Source of the DNA: Acidobacteriota bacterium
Lineage (GTDB): Bacteria; Acidobacteriota; Vicinamibacteria; Vicinamibacterales; UBA2999
Direction of reading: 5' to 3'
Assembly: GCA_030697165.1 (NCBI GenBank)
Contig: JAUYQQ010000016.1
Location: 123,638 to 187,637 of the forward strand
DNA: 64,000 nt
The position numbers were made by a program, and so were the translations under genes. This document shows, one piece after another, positions 25,601 through 35,718 of this stretch. How positions within the stretch are numbered: the first letter of the stretch is position 1; each line of letters opens with the position of its first letter. A model generated the notes under the pieces. The model worked only from the letters and a program-made list of their open reading frames with translations, was not told where the DNA came from and did not search any database.

Positions 25601-25660
25601 GCATCCCGCATCAAGGACACGCTGTCCGGAAAGAAGGAGCCCGATGGCTGGAACGGCTGA
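22652..25660 (+). CDS. Hybrid sensor histidine kinase/response regulator (large extracytoplasmic domain-TM-PAS-HisKA-HATPase-REC)
   Basis: H-box GIAHDFNNLITVLLGY, G-boxes DSGVGM / GTGLGLS, receiver VLLAEDD...VVTDVVMPRMNG; start uncertain (ATG 22652 is 9 bp from the divergent Rieske start; ATG 22748 is the alternative). Confidence 0.8.
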   Translation: MIQPAFDPSSLPVPRSNLHYGHLTLGLAGSVIMLALAAQAVLLAQPRELFAQAPALETVAAIRERAAWTPSKEVVRVQGVVTLSDGRRALLFVQDATGGVFVDPAAPAGNWAGSDVVAVTGTAVMTSRGPTIVGARVEPVAPGVMPEPRALSALAGRAMAADASLIAIEGVVRAVRPSAQGVEATIRTADGTLTLVLPAPAGAGETPVDAVIRAEGVLSHVMAGDRSLQRRELIATSPVGMVSAPPSQPFQLPELAVADLRRPLSGNQLIRRGRVSGVVTRQRVGRSLHVRTATLPIRVESEQATAVAPGDRVDVVGFPELDGFSPFMADAMFRRVESGPAPAPVEATIGELSDGSRDAELVRVEGTFLTGERGRDEHTLVIQDGDLVFNAYVPLGEASRLPGGLRRGQRVQLTGICAVIVDSDRVPRSFRLQLRDAADVAIVAPGPPMPLASRVPWWAWLSIALAAVAAGAAGFVYRAGRAKEQTIRRQLARESALKARFDDLFERSSEILIVHDRRGRVSTLNRAGEQATGYSREELRMLDPNWIFGADYLDAITRMIAEGTDSTPRAFRSELVPRRGTRVPIDVHARVLVGDGQVVGVTAIARDLSERDRLENELRQAQKMEAVGRLATGIAHDFNNLITVLLGYSDELIEQVPEGSDWQRSAIEIRRAAERASGLTQQLLSFSRRQAAVAHTVDLNLVVANMEDLIRRLLGPEIRLEFSLDPNLATIRADGAQIGQVVMNLVVNARDAMPKGGVLAIETANVELGSEHLDVIPGPHVSLCVRDSGVGMAADVRNRLFEPFFTTKESGQGTGLGLSLVQGIVRQSGGHIVVESQPGAGSAFHVYFPRQVDEAPAPLIAPPAAVSSVSVKGEGTVLLAEDDRPVRRLVVTELGRRGFTVLEAEDGRAALDLFLQHQDTIDIVVTDVVMPRMNGADLAKEVERIRPGTKLLFISGHPERAGSGVDPTGVTNLLMKPFTADTLASRIKDTLSGKKEPDGWNG

Positions 25661-26981
25661 GACACCCGCGCTCAAGCGCGCGCTCGGGCGCTGGGACCTG
25701 ACCGCGATTGGCGTGAACCAGGTCATTGGCAGCGCCATCTTCCTGCTGCCGGCCGACGTGGCGAGGCTGGTCGGTCCGTGGGGGCCGCTGGCGTTCATGG
25801 CGGTGGGCCTGCTGTCGTTGTCGATCGCCCTGTGCTTCGCGGAAGTCGGCAGCCGCTTCGAGAAGACCGGCGGCCCGTACCTGCCGGCGCGGGCGGCCTT
25901 TGGCCGCTTCGTCGGATTCGAGGTCGGCTGGATGATGTGGTTCACGCGCGTCACCAGCCAGGCGTCGGTCGCCAATGGGCTCGCCCTGGCACTGGCGTTC
26001 TATTGGCCGGCCCTGGCAGCGGGCCTGCCGCGCATGGCGCTGATTGCCGGACTGACCATCGCGATCACCTGGATCAACGTGCGCGGCATCAGGCAGTCGT
26101 CGTGGGTGGTCAACGCGCTGACCATCGGCAAGCTGGCGCCGCTCGCCATCTTCATCATCGTCGGCATTTGGTACATCGACCCGGCGCGGTTCGCGGAGAT
26201 GCCCGCGGTCACGCAGCAGCAATTGTCGAGCGCGCTGATCCTGCTGATCTTTGCGTATGGCGGCTACGAGGTCACCGGTGTGCTGGCCGGCGAAGCGGCC
26301 AACCCGCGCCGCGACGTGCCCTTCGCCTTCGTGGCCACGCTCGTCACCGTGTCGGTCGTCATGTCGCTGACGTCGCTCGTGGCGACCGGCGTGCTGCCGG
26401 ACCTGGGCGCCAGCCGCACGCCGCTGGCCGATGGTGCGGCGATCTTCATCGGCGCGGCCGGCGCGCTGATGATCTCGATCGGCTCGGCGGTGTCGATGAC
26501 CGGCAACAACATGGGGCAGATCCTGAACGGGTCACGCACCCTTTTCGCGCTGGCCGAGAACGGCGACCTGCCGAAATGGTTCGCGAAGGTCCACCCGGCG
26601 TATCTCACGCCCTCGAACGCCATCCTGTTCACGGCCGTGGTCGCGCTCACCCTGGCGCTGACCGGATCGTTCGTGGCGCTGGCGGCGGTGTCGGCCATCG
26701 CCCGGCTGGTGATGTACCTGGCGGTGTGCGCCTCGACGCTGGTGCTCAGGAAGCACGACCGAGAAATTGCCGCGCAGGTGGGCTCACACTTCGGCGACCT
26801 GGATGGAGCGGTTGCCCCGGCAAAGTTCACCGTGCCCCTCGGGCCGGTGATCCCCGTGGTTGCGTCGATCGTGGCCCTGGGAATCCTGGCGGGCGCGAGC
26901 CAGGCGCAGCTGTCGGCCGGCGCCGCCGCGCTCGCCGCCGGCGCGGTGCTCTACTTCGTCGCCACCCGCCTGAAGATGTAG
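25644..26981 (+). CDS. APC-superfamily amino acid/polyamine permease
   Basis: 445 aa, ~12 hydrophobic helices, N-terminal ...LKRALGRWDLTAIGVNQVIGSAIFLLP... typical of APC transporters; overlaps kinase stop by 17 nt. Confidence 0.8.
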   Translation: MAGTAETPALKRALGRWDLTAIGVNQVIGSAIFLLPADVARLVGPWGPLAFMAVGLLSLSIALCFAEVGSRFEKTGGPYLPARAAFGRFVGFEVGWMMWFTRVTSQASVANGLALALAFYWPALAAGLPRMALIAGLTIAITWINVRGIRQSSWVVNALTIGKLAPLAIFIIVGIWYIDPARFAEMPAVTQQQLSSALILLIFAYGGYEVTGVLAGEAANPRRDVPFAFVATLVTVSVVMSLTSLVATGVLPDLGASRTPLADGAAIFIGAAGALMISIGSAVSMTGNNMGQILNGSRTLFALAENGDLPKWFAKVHPAYLTPSNAILFTAVVALTLALTGSFVALAAVSAIARLVMYLAVCASTLVLRKHDREIAAQVGSHFGDLDGAVAPAKFTVPLGPVIPVVASIVALGILAGASQAQLSAGAAALAAGAVLYFVATRLKM

Positions 26982-27004
26982 TGTCCGGCTTTAGCCGGAC
27001 CGAC
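26976..27004. repeat. GTCCGGCTTTAGCCGGAC hairpin element
   Basis: atgTAGtgtccggctttagccggaccgac; contains the permease stop codon. Confidence 0.8.
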
Positions 27005-27005
27005 T

Positions 27006-27707
27006 CTACTCGTCCAGGAGGAAGTGCGCCTTACGGGAAGGCGTCTCCGCCGCGATCAGCGGCTCGTTCATGAACTTCACCATCGGCGAGAGTGTCTTGA
27101 ACGTCGCCAGCAGGTTCTTGTAGAAGTCCTTCGACGTCGCGAACGTGCCCGACTCTTCGCGGAAGGTCATGAACTGCTTGTGCACCAGGTAGCGGGCGGC
27201 CGGGTGGTTCTTGTCGAACCCGCGCGGCACCCGCGTCAGGGTGTCGCCACGCAGCCCGCCAAGCTTCTTGAAGGCCGGTGCGTTGACGATGGTGTCGAGC
27301 CGGCGGTAGTGGGCGGCAATGTGCTCGCGCAGCAGGTGCAGTTGCGACGTGTCGGGCCGGTAGACGCCGCCGCCAATCCAGACGTAATCAGGTCCCACCT
27401 CGAAATAGAAGCTGGCGCCATTCATGCGGCCGAGCGCGCGATGAGGAAACGTTGCGGCGACGTTGGTCTTCATGGGCGTCTTGTCGTCGCTGAACCGCGT
27501 GTCGCGAAACTGCCGGAACAGCGACTCCCTCACGCCCGCGATCAGCTCCGGCGCGAAGGCCGGCAGGTCGAGGGCCAGTCGTTCGACCACTTCGACCATG
27601 GGCGCGCGGCAGTGCTCGTCGAACTGATCCCGGCGCGAGTGAAACCACTCGCGTTTGTTATTGCGCTTGAGTGAGCGGAGAAACGACAGCGTCTTCGGCG
27701 TAAACAT
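27006..27707 (-). CDS. DUF2461 (TIGR02453-like) family protein
   Basis: MFTPKTLSFLRSLKRNNKREWFHSRRDQF... N-terminus characteristic of the family; ATG 27707 (ORF opens at GTG 27716). Confidence 0.7.
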   Translation of the reverse strand: MFTPKTLSFLRSLKRNNKREWFHSRRDQFDEHCRAPMVEVVERLALDLPAFAPELIAGVRESLFRQFRDTRFSDDKTPMKTNVAATFPHRALGRMNGASFYFEVGPDYVWIGGGVYRPDTSQLHLLREHIAAHYRRLDTIVNAPAFKKLGGLRGDTLTRVPRGFDKNHPAARYLVHKQFMTFREESGTFATSKDFYKNLLATFKTLSPMVKFMNEPLIAAETPSRKAHFLLDE

Positions 27708-29088
27708 GGCAGGCACCTATAATGTCGTAGTGATTGACGAACTGAGAAGTCTCCTTGGCGACCGCGTCTCGACCGCCGAGGCGGTGCGCGAACACCACAG
27801 CCACGGCGAGTCGTGGCACGCCGCCGGCATGCCCGAGGCGGTGGTGTTCCCCACTTCGACCGATGAGGTCAGCGCGATCGTCCGGATCTGCGCCGCGCAC
27901 GGCACGCCGATCGTGGCGTTTGGCATGGGCAGCTCGCTCGAGGGTCACGTCAACGCTGTTCACGGCGGCGTCTCGATCGACATGACGCGGATGACACGGG
28001 TGTTGCGGCTCAGTCCGGAAGATCTCGACATCACCGTCGAGGCGGGGCTGACGCGGCTCAAGCTCGACGCCCACCTGAAGAACACCGGCCTGATGTTTCC
28101 GATCGACCCCGGTGCCGATGCCACCATCGGAGGCATGACGGCGACGCGCGCCTCCGGCACGACCGCGGTCCGCTATGGGACGATGCGCGACAACGTGCTG
28201 GGATTGACGGTGGTGTTGGCCGATGGCCAGGTCATCACGACCGGCGGCCGCGCCAGGAAGTCGTCGTCCGGATACGACCTCACGCGGCTGTTGGTCGGCT
28301 CCGAAGGCACGCTGGGGGTGATCACCGAGGTCACGCTCAGGCTGTACGGTAAGCCCGAGGCGGTCCGCGCCGCCGTGTGCCCGTTCGAGTCGATGGCCGG
28401 GGCCGCCGCCACCGTGATCCAGACCATCCAGCTTGGCATCCCGGTCGCCCGCATCGAGATCGTGGACGAAGCGCAACTGCGCGTCGTCAACGCCTACTCC
28501 AAGACCAACTACCCAATTGGGCCGACGCTGTTCTTCGAGTTCCACGGCATCAGCGACGTGATGGTTGACGAGCAGATCAAGGCGGTCGAAGAGATCGCCC
28601 GCGAGCAGGGCGCCAGGGGCTTCCAGTGGGCCTCGACCCTCGAGGACCGCAATACTCTGTGGACGGCGCGCCACAACGCCTACTACGCGACGGTGGCGTC
28701 GCGCCCCGGCGCCCGTGCCTGGACCACCGACATCTGCGTGCCGATCTCGCACCTGGCCGAGTGCATTCTCGAGACCCAGGCCGACCTGAAGGAGGCCGGC
28801 GTGGTCGCGCCCCTGGTCGGTCACGCCGGCGACGGCAACTTCCACCTGATCTTCATGCTCGACGCCAACGACCCGAAAGAGTTCGCGCAGATCTCGCGCC
28901 TGAACGACCGGCTGGTCGAGCGGTCGCTGAAGTTTGGCGGCACCTGCAGCGGCGAGCACGGCGTGGGCATCGGCAAGCTCAAGTACTTGTCGAAAGAGCA
29001 CGGCGCGTCACTCGACGTCATGCGCGCGATCAAACGTGCTCTCGATCCAAACCACCTCATGAATCCGGGTAAACTGATCCCCGACTGA
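27706..29088 (+). CDS. FAD-linked oxidase, D-lactate dehydrogenase (cytochrome)/GlcD-like
   Basis: FAD-binding PCMH-type N-domain (VVFPTSTDEVSAIVRICAAHGTPIVAFGMGSSLEG) and C-terminal GTCSGEHGVGIGKLKYL motif. Confidence 0.8.
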   Translation: MAGTYNVVVIDELRSLLGDRVSTAEAVREHHSHGESWHAAGMPEAVVFPTSTDEVSAIVRICAAHGTPIVAFGMGSSLEGHVNAVHGGVSIDMTRMTRVLRLSPEDLDITVEAGLTRLKLDAHLKNTGLMFPIDPGADATIGGMTATRASGTTAVRYGTMRDNVLGLTVVLADGQVITTGGRARKSSSGYDLTRLLVGSEGTLGVITEVTLRLYGKPEAVRAAVCPFESMAGAAATVIQTIQLGIPVARIEIVDEAQLRVVNAYSKTNYPIGPTLFFEFHGISDVMVDEQIKAVEEIAREQGARGFQWASTLEDRNTLWTARHNAYYATVASRPGARAWTTDICVPISHLAECILETQADLKEAGVVAPLVGHAGDGNFHLIFMLDANDPKEFAQISRLNDRLVERSLKFGGTCSGEHGVGIGKLKYLSKEHGASLDVMRAIKRALDPNHLMNPGKLIPD

Positions 29089-29100
29089 AGTTCAAGCGAC

Positions 29101-29171
29101 ACAGGAGGTCAGGAGACCAGGAGAATACTTTTCATGGACTACTGAAGAGTTGCTCCTGATCTCTGGATCTC

Positions 29172-29176
<5 letters not shown>
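29101..29176. repeat. AT-rich imperfect palindrome of the ACAGGAG...CTCCTGATCTCT family
   Basis: Arms 29101-29124 and 29153-29176; 3 of the 5 arm mismatches would be G-U pairs in a plus-strand transcript. Confidence 0.8.
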
Positions 29177-31604
<2,428 letters not shown>

Positions 31605-31627
31605 AGGAGACATTGATGCCGCAGTAA

Positions 31628-31888
31628 TTGATCGAACGCAACATTCCGGGCGCCGGCAAGCTCACCGCCGCTGACCTCCAAGGCATCTCGCAGAAGTCGT
31701 GCGCCGTGCTGAACACGCTCGGGCCGACCATCCAGTGGGTGCACAGCTACGTGACCGACAACCAGATCATGTGCGTCTACCGTGCGCCAAACGAGGAGAT
31801 CCTGCGCGAGCACGCGAAGCAGGGCGGCTTTCCGGCCGACAAGATCTCGGAGATCAAGACGACGATCGATCCCACTACTGCCGAGTAG
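31628..31888 (+). CDS. DUF4242 domain-containing protein (apparent original start ATG 31616 cut off by in-frame TAA at codon 4)
   Basis: LIERNIPGAGKLTAADLQGISQKSCAVLNTLGPTIQWVHSYVTDNQIMCVYRAPNEE...; GGAGA Shine-Dalgarno serves ATG 31616, not TTG 31628. Confidence 0.65.
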   Translation: MIERNIPGAGKLTAADLQGISQKSCAVLNTLGPTIQWVHSYVTDNQIMCVYRAPNEEILREHAKQGGFPADKISEIKTTIDPTTAE

Positions 31889-31892
31889 CTCG

Positions 31893-32414
31893 ATGACGAC
31901 CCTGCGCGCCTGGAGCGTGCTGTCCCTGATGCTGCCGGCCCTTGCGGCGGCACAGGGCCAGCCGTCGCGCGGCCAGATCCTGGCCGGCGGCCGCGACATC
32001 ATCCAGAAAGCACGCTACTGCTCGTTCATTACGGCCGGCGAAGACGGCCATCCGCAGGCGCGTATCGTTGATCCGCTCGGGCCGGACGACAACTTCACGT
32101 TCTGGATCGCCACCAATCCACTGACCCGGAAGGTCGGGCAGATCCGTCGCGATCCGCGGGTCACGTTGCTGTGCTTTGACGCCGCGACTGCGAGTTATGC
32201 GACCGTGCTCGCCAAAGCGGCCATCGTCACCGATGCCGAGGAGAAGGCACGCCATTGGAAAGCGGCCTGGACGCCGTTCTACTCCGGCGGCGCCCAAGGC
32301 AGCGACGTGGTGCTGGTTCGCCTGTCGCCCTCTCGTCTCGAGGTCGTCGGCGTGTCGCGCGGACTCAATCCCGATCCCAAGACCTGGCTGCCGCTGGCGG
32401 TAACCTTTCCCTGA
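31893..32414 (+). CDS. Pyridoxamine 5'-phosphate oxidase-family (FMN-binding split barrel) protein with signal peptide
   Basis: MTTLRAWSVLSLMLPALAAAQG signal; ...YCSFITAGEDGHPQARIVDP...FWIATNPLTRKVGQIRRDPRVTLL... as in PNPOx/general stress protein 26 family. Confidence 0.6.
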   Translation: MTTLRAWSVLSLMLPALAAAQGQPSRGQILAGGRDIIQKARYCSFITAGEDGHPQARIVDPLGPDDNFTFWIATNPLTRKVGQIRRDPRVTLLCFDAATASYATVLAKAAIVTDAEEKARHWKAAWTPFYSGGAQGSDVVLVRLSPSRLEVVGVSRGLNPDPKTWLPLAVTFP

Positions 32415-32416
32415 CG

Positions 32417-33235
32417 CTACGCCGGGCGGACCTCGCGGCAGAGTTGATTCCTGCCCTGCTGCTTCGCCCGGTACATCAGGGCGTCCGCCGCCTGCACCAT
32501 CGGTTCCAGATCCGAGGGTGGAGTCAGGAACGTGACGACGCCCACGCTGGCGGTCACGCCGTCTGACATGTCGGCCAGCGTCCGGGTAAGCATCTCGTAG
32601 AGCCGGGTGATCGCGGGCCCGACCTGTTCCGCGCCCAGTTCGGGAAACAGCACCGCGAACTCGTCGCCACCCATCCGCGCCGGCAGGTCGGCGGCCCGCG
32701 TCGCGGATCGCAGCGCCTGCGCCACGGCCTGCAGCAATCGATCGCCGGCCGCATGGCCGTCGCGATCGTTCACTGTCTTGAAGTAGTCCAGGTCAATGTA
32801 GGCCAGCGTGACCGGCCGCCGCGTGCGGCGGCACAGCTCGATCATCCGACTGCCGTCCTCATACCAGGCGCGGCTGTTGGCGAGCCCGGTCAACGAGTCG
32901 ATGCGAGCGAGTTCGCGCTCGCGGAGTTGCGATTGCCGCAGCGTCGCGACCAGCCAGCCGACGATGGCGAAGGACGACCCTTGGACCAGCGTATTGAAGA
33001 CCCAGAAGAGCGGATTGGTGTACTGGAGACCGGCCAACTGGTTTGATACAAACCAGCCGAGCGACGCCAGGACGGCCGCCGCCAGGGCTCCGCCGCGCCC
33101 GAAATGCCAGGCGGCTAGAGCGATCGGCGCGTAGTACAGCGGGAAGGTGCGCAACTCGAAGCCACTCTGGAAGTCAACGACGGCGATCACCAGGAGGCTC
33201 AGCAGAATGATTCCGAGGGCGGCCGGTCGGCTCAT
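32417..33235 (-). CDS. Diguanylate cyclase (membrane-anchored GGDEF domain protein)
   Basis: RMGGDEFAVLF active-site motif, DSLTGLANSRAW, N-terminal ~4-5 TM helices; ATG 33235 (ORF opens at TTG 33244). Confidence 0.8.
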   Translation of the reverse strand: MSRPAALGIILLSLLVIAVVDFQSGFELRTFPLYYAPIALAAWHFGRGGALAAAVLASLGWFVSNQLAGLQYTNPLFWVFNTLVQGSSFAIVGWLVATLRQSQLRERELARIDSLTGLANSRAWYEDGSRMIELCRRTRRPVTLAYIDLDYFKTVNDRDGHAAGDRLLQAVAQALRSATRAADLPARMGGDEFAVLFPELGAEQVGPAITRLYEMLTRTLADMSDGVTASVGVVTFLTPPSDLEPMVQAADALMYRAKQQGRNQLCREVRPA

Positions 33236-33327
33236 TGCAATCAAGAGTAACTGTTGCCGAGGGCCCGTGCGGCTCGACTTGCCCTTGGCCGACGACTCGT
33301 CTGCACGAGACGTGTCACAATCACGCC

Positions 33328-33516
33328 ATGGCGAACGCCGGGTGGCTGCAGCGATGCGCGGTCGTGTTCAAGCGCACGCATCCCATGGTCTGGATCGGGA
33401 TGGGTTCCGCGTTCCTCGCCCTGGGGACCTTCGGACAATCACCCGTCTACATGGGTCTCGGCGGGGCGTTGCTGGCCGTTGGCCTGACCGCCCACAAGCG
33501 CAGCCGCTCCGAGTGA
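33328..33516 (+). CDS. Small putative membrane protein (62 aa)
   Basis: ATG 33328; two hydrophobic segments (MVWIGMGSAFLALGTF, VYMGLGGALLAVGL); no homology recognised. Confidence 0.3.
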   Translation: MANAGWLQRCAVVFKRTHPMVWIGMGSAFLALGTFGQSPVYMGLGGALLAVGLTAHKRSRSE

Positions 33517-33540
33517 CCCCGAGCGCTTGGCGAGGCCCCT

Positions 33541-34866
33541 TCACTTGCCCGGCGCCAGCGCCTCGGCAATCACGCGGCGCGAGACGTCCTCGTGGTTGGC
33601 TGCCCCCGGCACGCCGCCGCGCCGCTGGATGATCCCGACGAAGACGACCTCGTTGGCGGGGTCGATCCAGAACCAGGTGCCGGCAATGCCCCACCACCAG
33701 TAGCTGCCCTTGCCGACCTGACGCTTCGCCGCCGCCGGATCGAGGACCACTGCGAAGTCGTAGCCAAAGCCTTGGGCTGGCGAGAACTGCGCCTGGCCGA
33801 TGCCGAACTGCGAATTGAGCACCTGGTCGCTCAATACGTTCGTACGCATCATGTCGACGGTGTCCTTCTTCAGGTAACGCCTGCCATCGAACTCGCCGCC
33901 GTTGAGCAACATCTGGGCAAAGCGGAAGTAGTCGGCCGCCGTCCCATAAAGACCGCCGCCTCCGGACGGCAAGCCGGGTGCGCTCGTCGCGGTCATCTCG
34001 CCAGGCGCCGGCGCGAGCGCGGCCGTGGCCTTGTCGTACGCGTAGAGGGTCGCGACGCGCGACAGTTTGTCCGGGGGGACGTAGAAGGCGGTGTCGATCA
34101 TCCCCAGCGGATTGAACAGCCGCGTGCGCAGGAATTCGGGGAACGACTGGCCCGAGAGCTTCTCCACCAGGTATCCCTGGATGTCGACCGACACGCTGTA
34201 AACCCAGCGGGTGCCGGGCTGATAGAGCAGCGGCAGCGTCGCCATCGTGTCGATGAACGCCTTGAGGTTTGGCTGTCCCAAGGGATTCGCCGCCTGGTAC
34301 AGCTTGTCTACCGGCGAGTTGCCGAACAGTCCATAGGTGAATCCCGCCGTGTGCGACATCAGCTCGCCCATCGTCGGTGCGTGTCCGGGAGCCTCGAGCA
34401 TCATCGCGCCGTCTTTCTCGCCGGCATACACCCTCAGGTTCGCAAACTCGGGGATGTGCCGGGCGATCGGATCGGTGGGCTTCCACTTGCCTTCCTCGTA
34501 CAGCATCATCATGGCGACGCCGGTCACCGGCTTGGTCATCGAGTAGATGCGGGCAATGGTGTCGGTGCGCATCGGCGTCTGCGTGTCGAGATCCTGGTAG
34601 CCGTACGACTTGTGCTGCACGACCTTGCCTTTGCGCGCCACCAGGGTCACGACGCCAGCCAGCTGCTTCTTGTCGACAATGTCCTGCATGCCGGCGTCCA
34701 TCCGGTCGAGGCCTCCGGTAGTGAACCCGACGGCTTCGGGGGCAGCCACCGGCAGCGCCGGGACGGTGACCACCGCCGTCCGGCGCTGGGTGTGGACGGC
34801 GGCCGGCGCCAGCACCGCTGCGACGATGGCCGCGGCGGCAAGGGATGAAAGCAATCGAGTGCGCAT
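33541..34866 (-). CDS. Serine hydrolase, class C beta-lactamase/esterase family, secreted
   Basis: ATG 34866 signal peptide MRTRLLSSLAAAAIVAAVLA; SxxK motif YSMTKPVTG; ~440 aa. Confidence 0.8.
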   Translation of the reverse strand: MRTRLLSSLAAAAIVAAVLAPAAVHTQRRTAVVTVPALPVAAPEAVGFTTGGLDRMDAGMQDIVDKKQLAGVVTLVARKGKVVQHKSYGYQDLDTQTPMRTDTIARIYSMTKPVTGVAMMMLYEEGKWKPTDPIARHIPEFANLRVYAGEKDGAMMLEAPGHAPTMGELMSHTAGFTYGLFGNSPVDKLYQAANPLGQPNLKAFIDTMATLPLLYQPGTRWVYSVSVDIQGYLVEKLSGQSFPEFLRTRLFNPLGMIDTAFYVPPDKLSRVATLYAYDKATAALAPAPGEMTATSAPGLPSGGGGLYGTAADYFRFAQMLLNGGEFDGRRYLKKDTVDMMRTNVLSDQVLNSQFGIGQAQFSPAQGFGYDFAVVLDPAAAKRQVGKGSYWWWGIAGTWFWIDPANEVVFVGIIQRRGGVPGAANHEDVSRRVIAEALAPGK

Positions 34867-34980
34867 GATTCGCAACTGGCCCTCCAAGTCGAGGTGATTA
34901 TCGACGCTTGGCCTCCGGCCCGCAAGAGAGGCGGCAGCTCACACGGGTGCTGCCGCGGCTGAGTACAATCGCCAGTCAAG

Positions 34981-35085
34981 ATGATGGCTATTGACCTGTC
35001 GCCCGAGATCACCAAGAAACTCCAGGCCTCGATTAAGCGCTACGAGTTTTCCTACTGGCCGCCGGCCGGTCGCAGCCAGAGCTAG
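34981..35085 (+). pseudogene. Possible truncated remnant of a DUF2164-like gene (34 codons)
   Basis: MMAIDLSPEITKKLQASIKRYEF resembles, from memory, DUF2164 N-termini; sequence then diverges and stops; below ORF-track size cut-off. Confidence 0.25.
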
Positions 35086-35087
35086 GC

Positions 35088-35693
35088 ATGGCGATCTACA
35101 TCGGCCTGCTCCGCGCCATCAACCTGGGCTCCCATAACAAGGTCTCGATGGCCGACCTGAAGACCTGGCTGGCGGACCTCGGCATGAAGAACCCGCAAAG
35201 CATTTTGCAAAGCGGGAACCTGGTATTCGAGAGCCCCTCGCGTGCGACCGGTCCCCTCGAGAAGCTGCTGGAAACCTCGGCCGCGAAGCAGCTTGGTCTC
35301 CAAACCGACTTCTTCGTACGCACCGGCGCCGAGTGGCAGCAAGCCATCGCCGACAACCCGTTCCCGACAGAGGCGAAGCTCGACCCGAGCCACATGGTGT
35401 TGATGTGCCTGAAAGACGCGCCGCCGCCGGCCGCGGTCAAGGCGCTGCAAGAGGCGATCAAGGGGCGGGAGGTGGTCAAGGCGAAGGGCCGGCACGCCTA
35501 CTTCGTCTACCCTGACGGCATCGGCACGTCGAAAGTCACGATGACGCTGATTGAGAAGAAGCTCGGCACGACCGGCACGGCCCGCAACTGGAACACCGTG
35601 CTCAAACTCAGGGATCAGGGATCAGGGATCAGGGATCAGGGATCAGGGATCAGGGATCAGGGATCAGGGCGTTCCCCGTTCCCCGTTCCCTGA
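35088..35693 (+). CDS. DUF1697 domain-containing protein
   Basis: MAIYIGLLRAINLGSHNKVSMADLKTWL... characteristic N-terminus; last ~28 codons (RDQGSGIRDQGSGIRDQGSG...) are encoded by the GGGATCA heptamer array. Confidence 0.75.
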   Translation: MAIYIGLLRAINLGSHNKVSMADLKTWLADLGMKNPQSILQSGNLVFESPSRATGPLEKLLETSAAKQLGLQTDFFVRTGAEWQQAIADNPFPTEAKLDPSHMVLMCLKDAPPPAAVKALQEAIKGREVVKAKGRHAYFVYPDGIGTSKVTMTLIEKKLGTTGTARNWNTVLKLRDQGSGIRDQGSGIRDQGSGRSPFPVP

Positions 35694-35718
35694 TCCCTGA
35701 TCCCTGATCCCTGATCAG
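35611..35718. repeat. Heptamer repeat hairpin: GGGATCA x8, CGTTCCC x3, TGATCCC x3 + TGATCAG
   Basis: Counted directly: units start 35611, 35618 ... 35660; inverted units 35691-35718; holds the stop codons of both convergent genes (35691-35693 and 35715-35717); 12 GATC sites. Confidence 0.9.

Noticed and set aside
25778-27073. 431-aa plus-strand ORF overlapping the APC permease in another frame
   Set aside because: The permease frame (25644..26981) gives regular hydrophobic helices. This frame gives an Arg/Gly/Pro-rich sequence typical of an off-frame read in GC-rich DNA.
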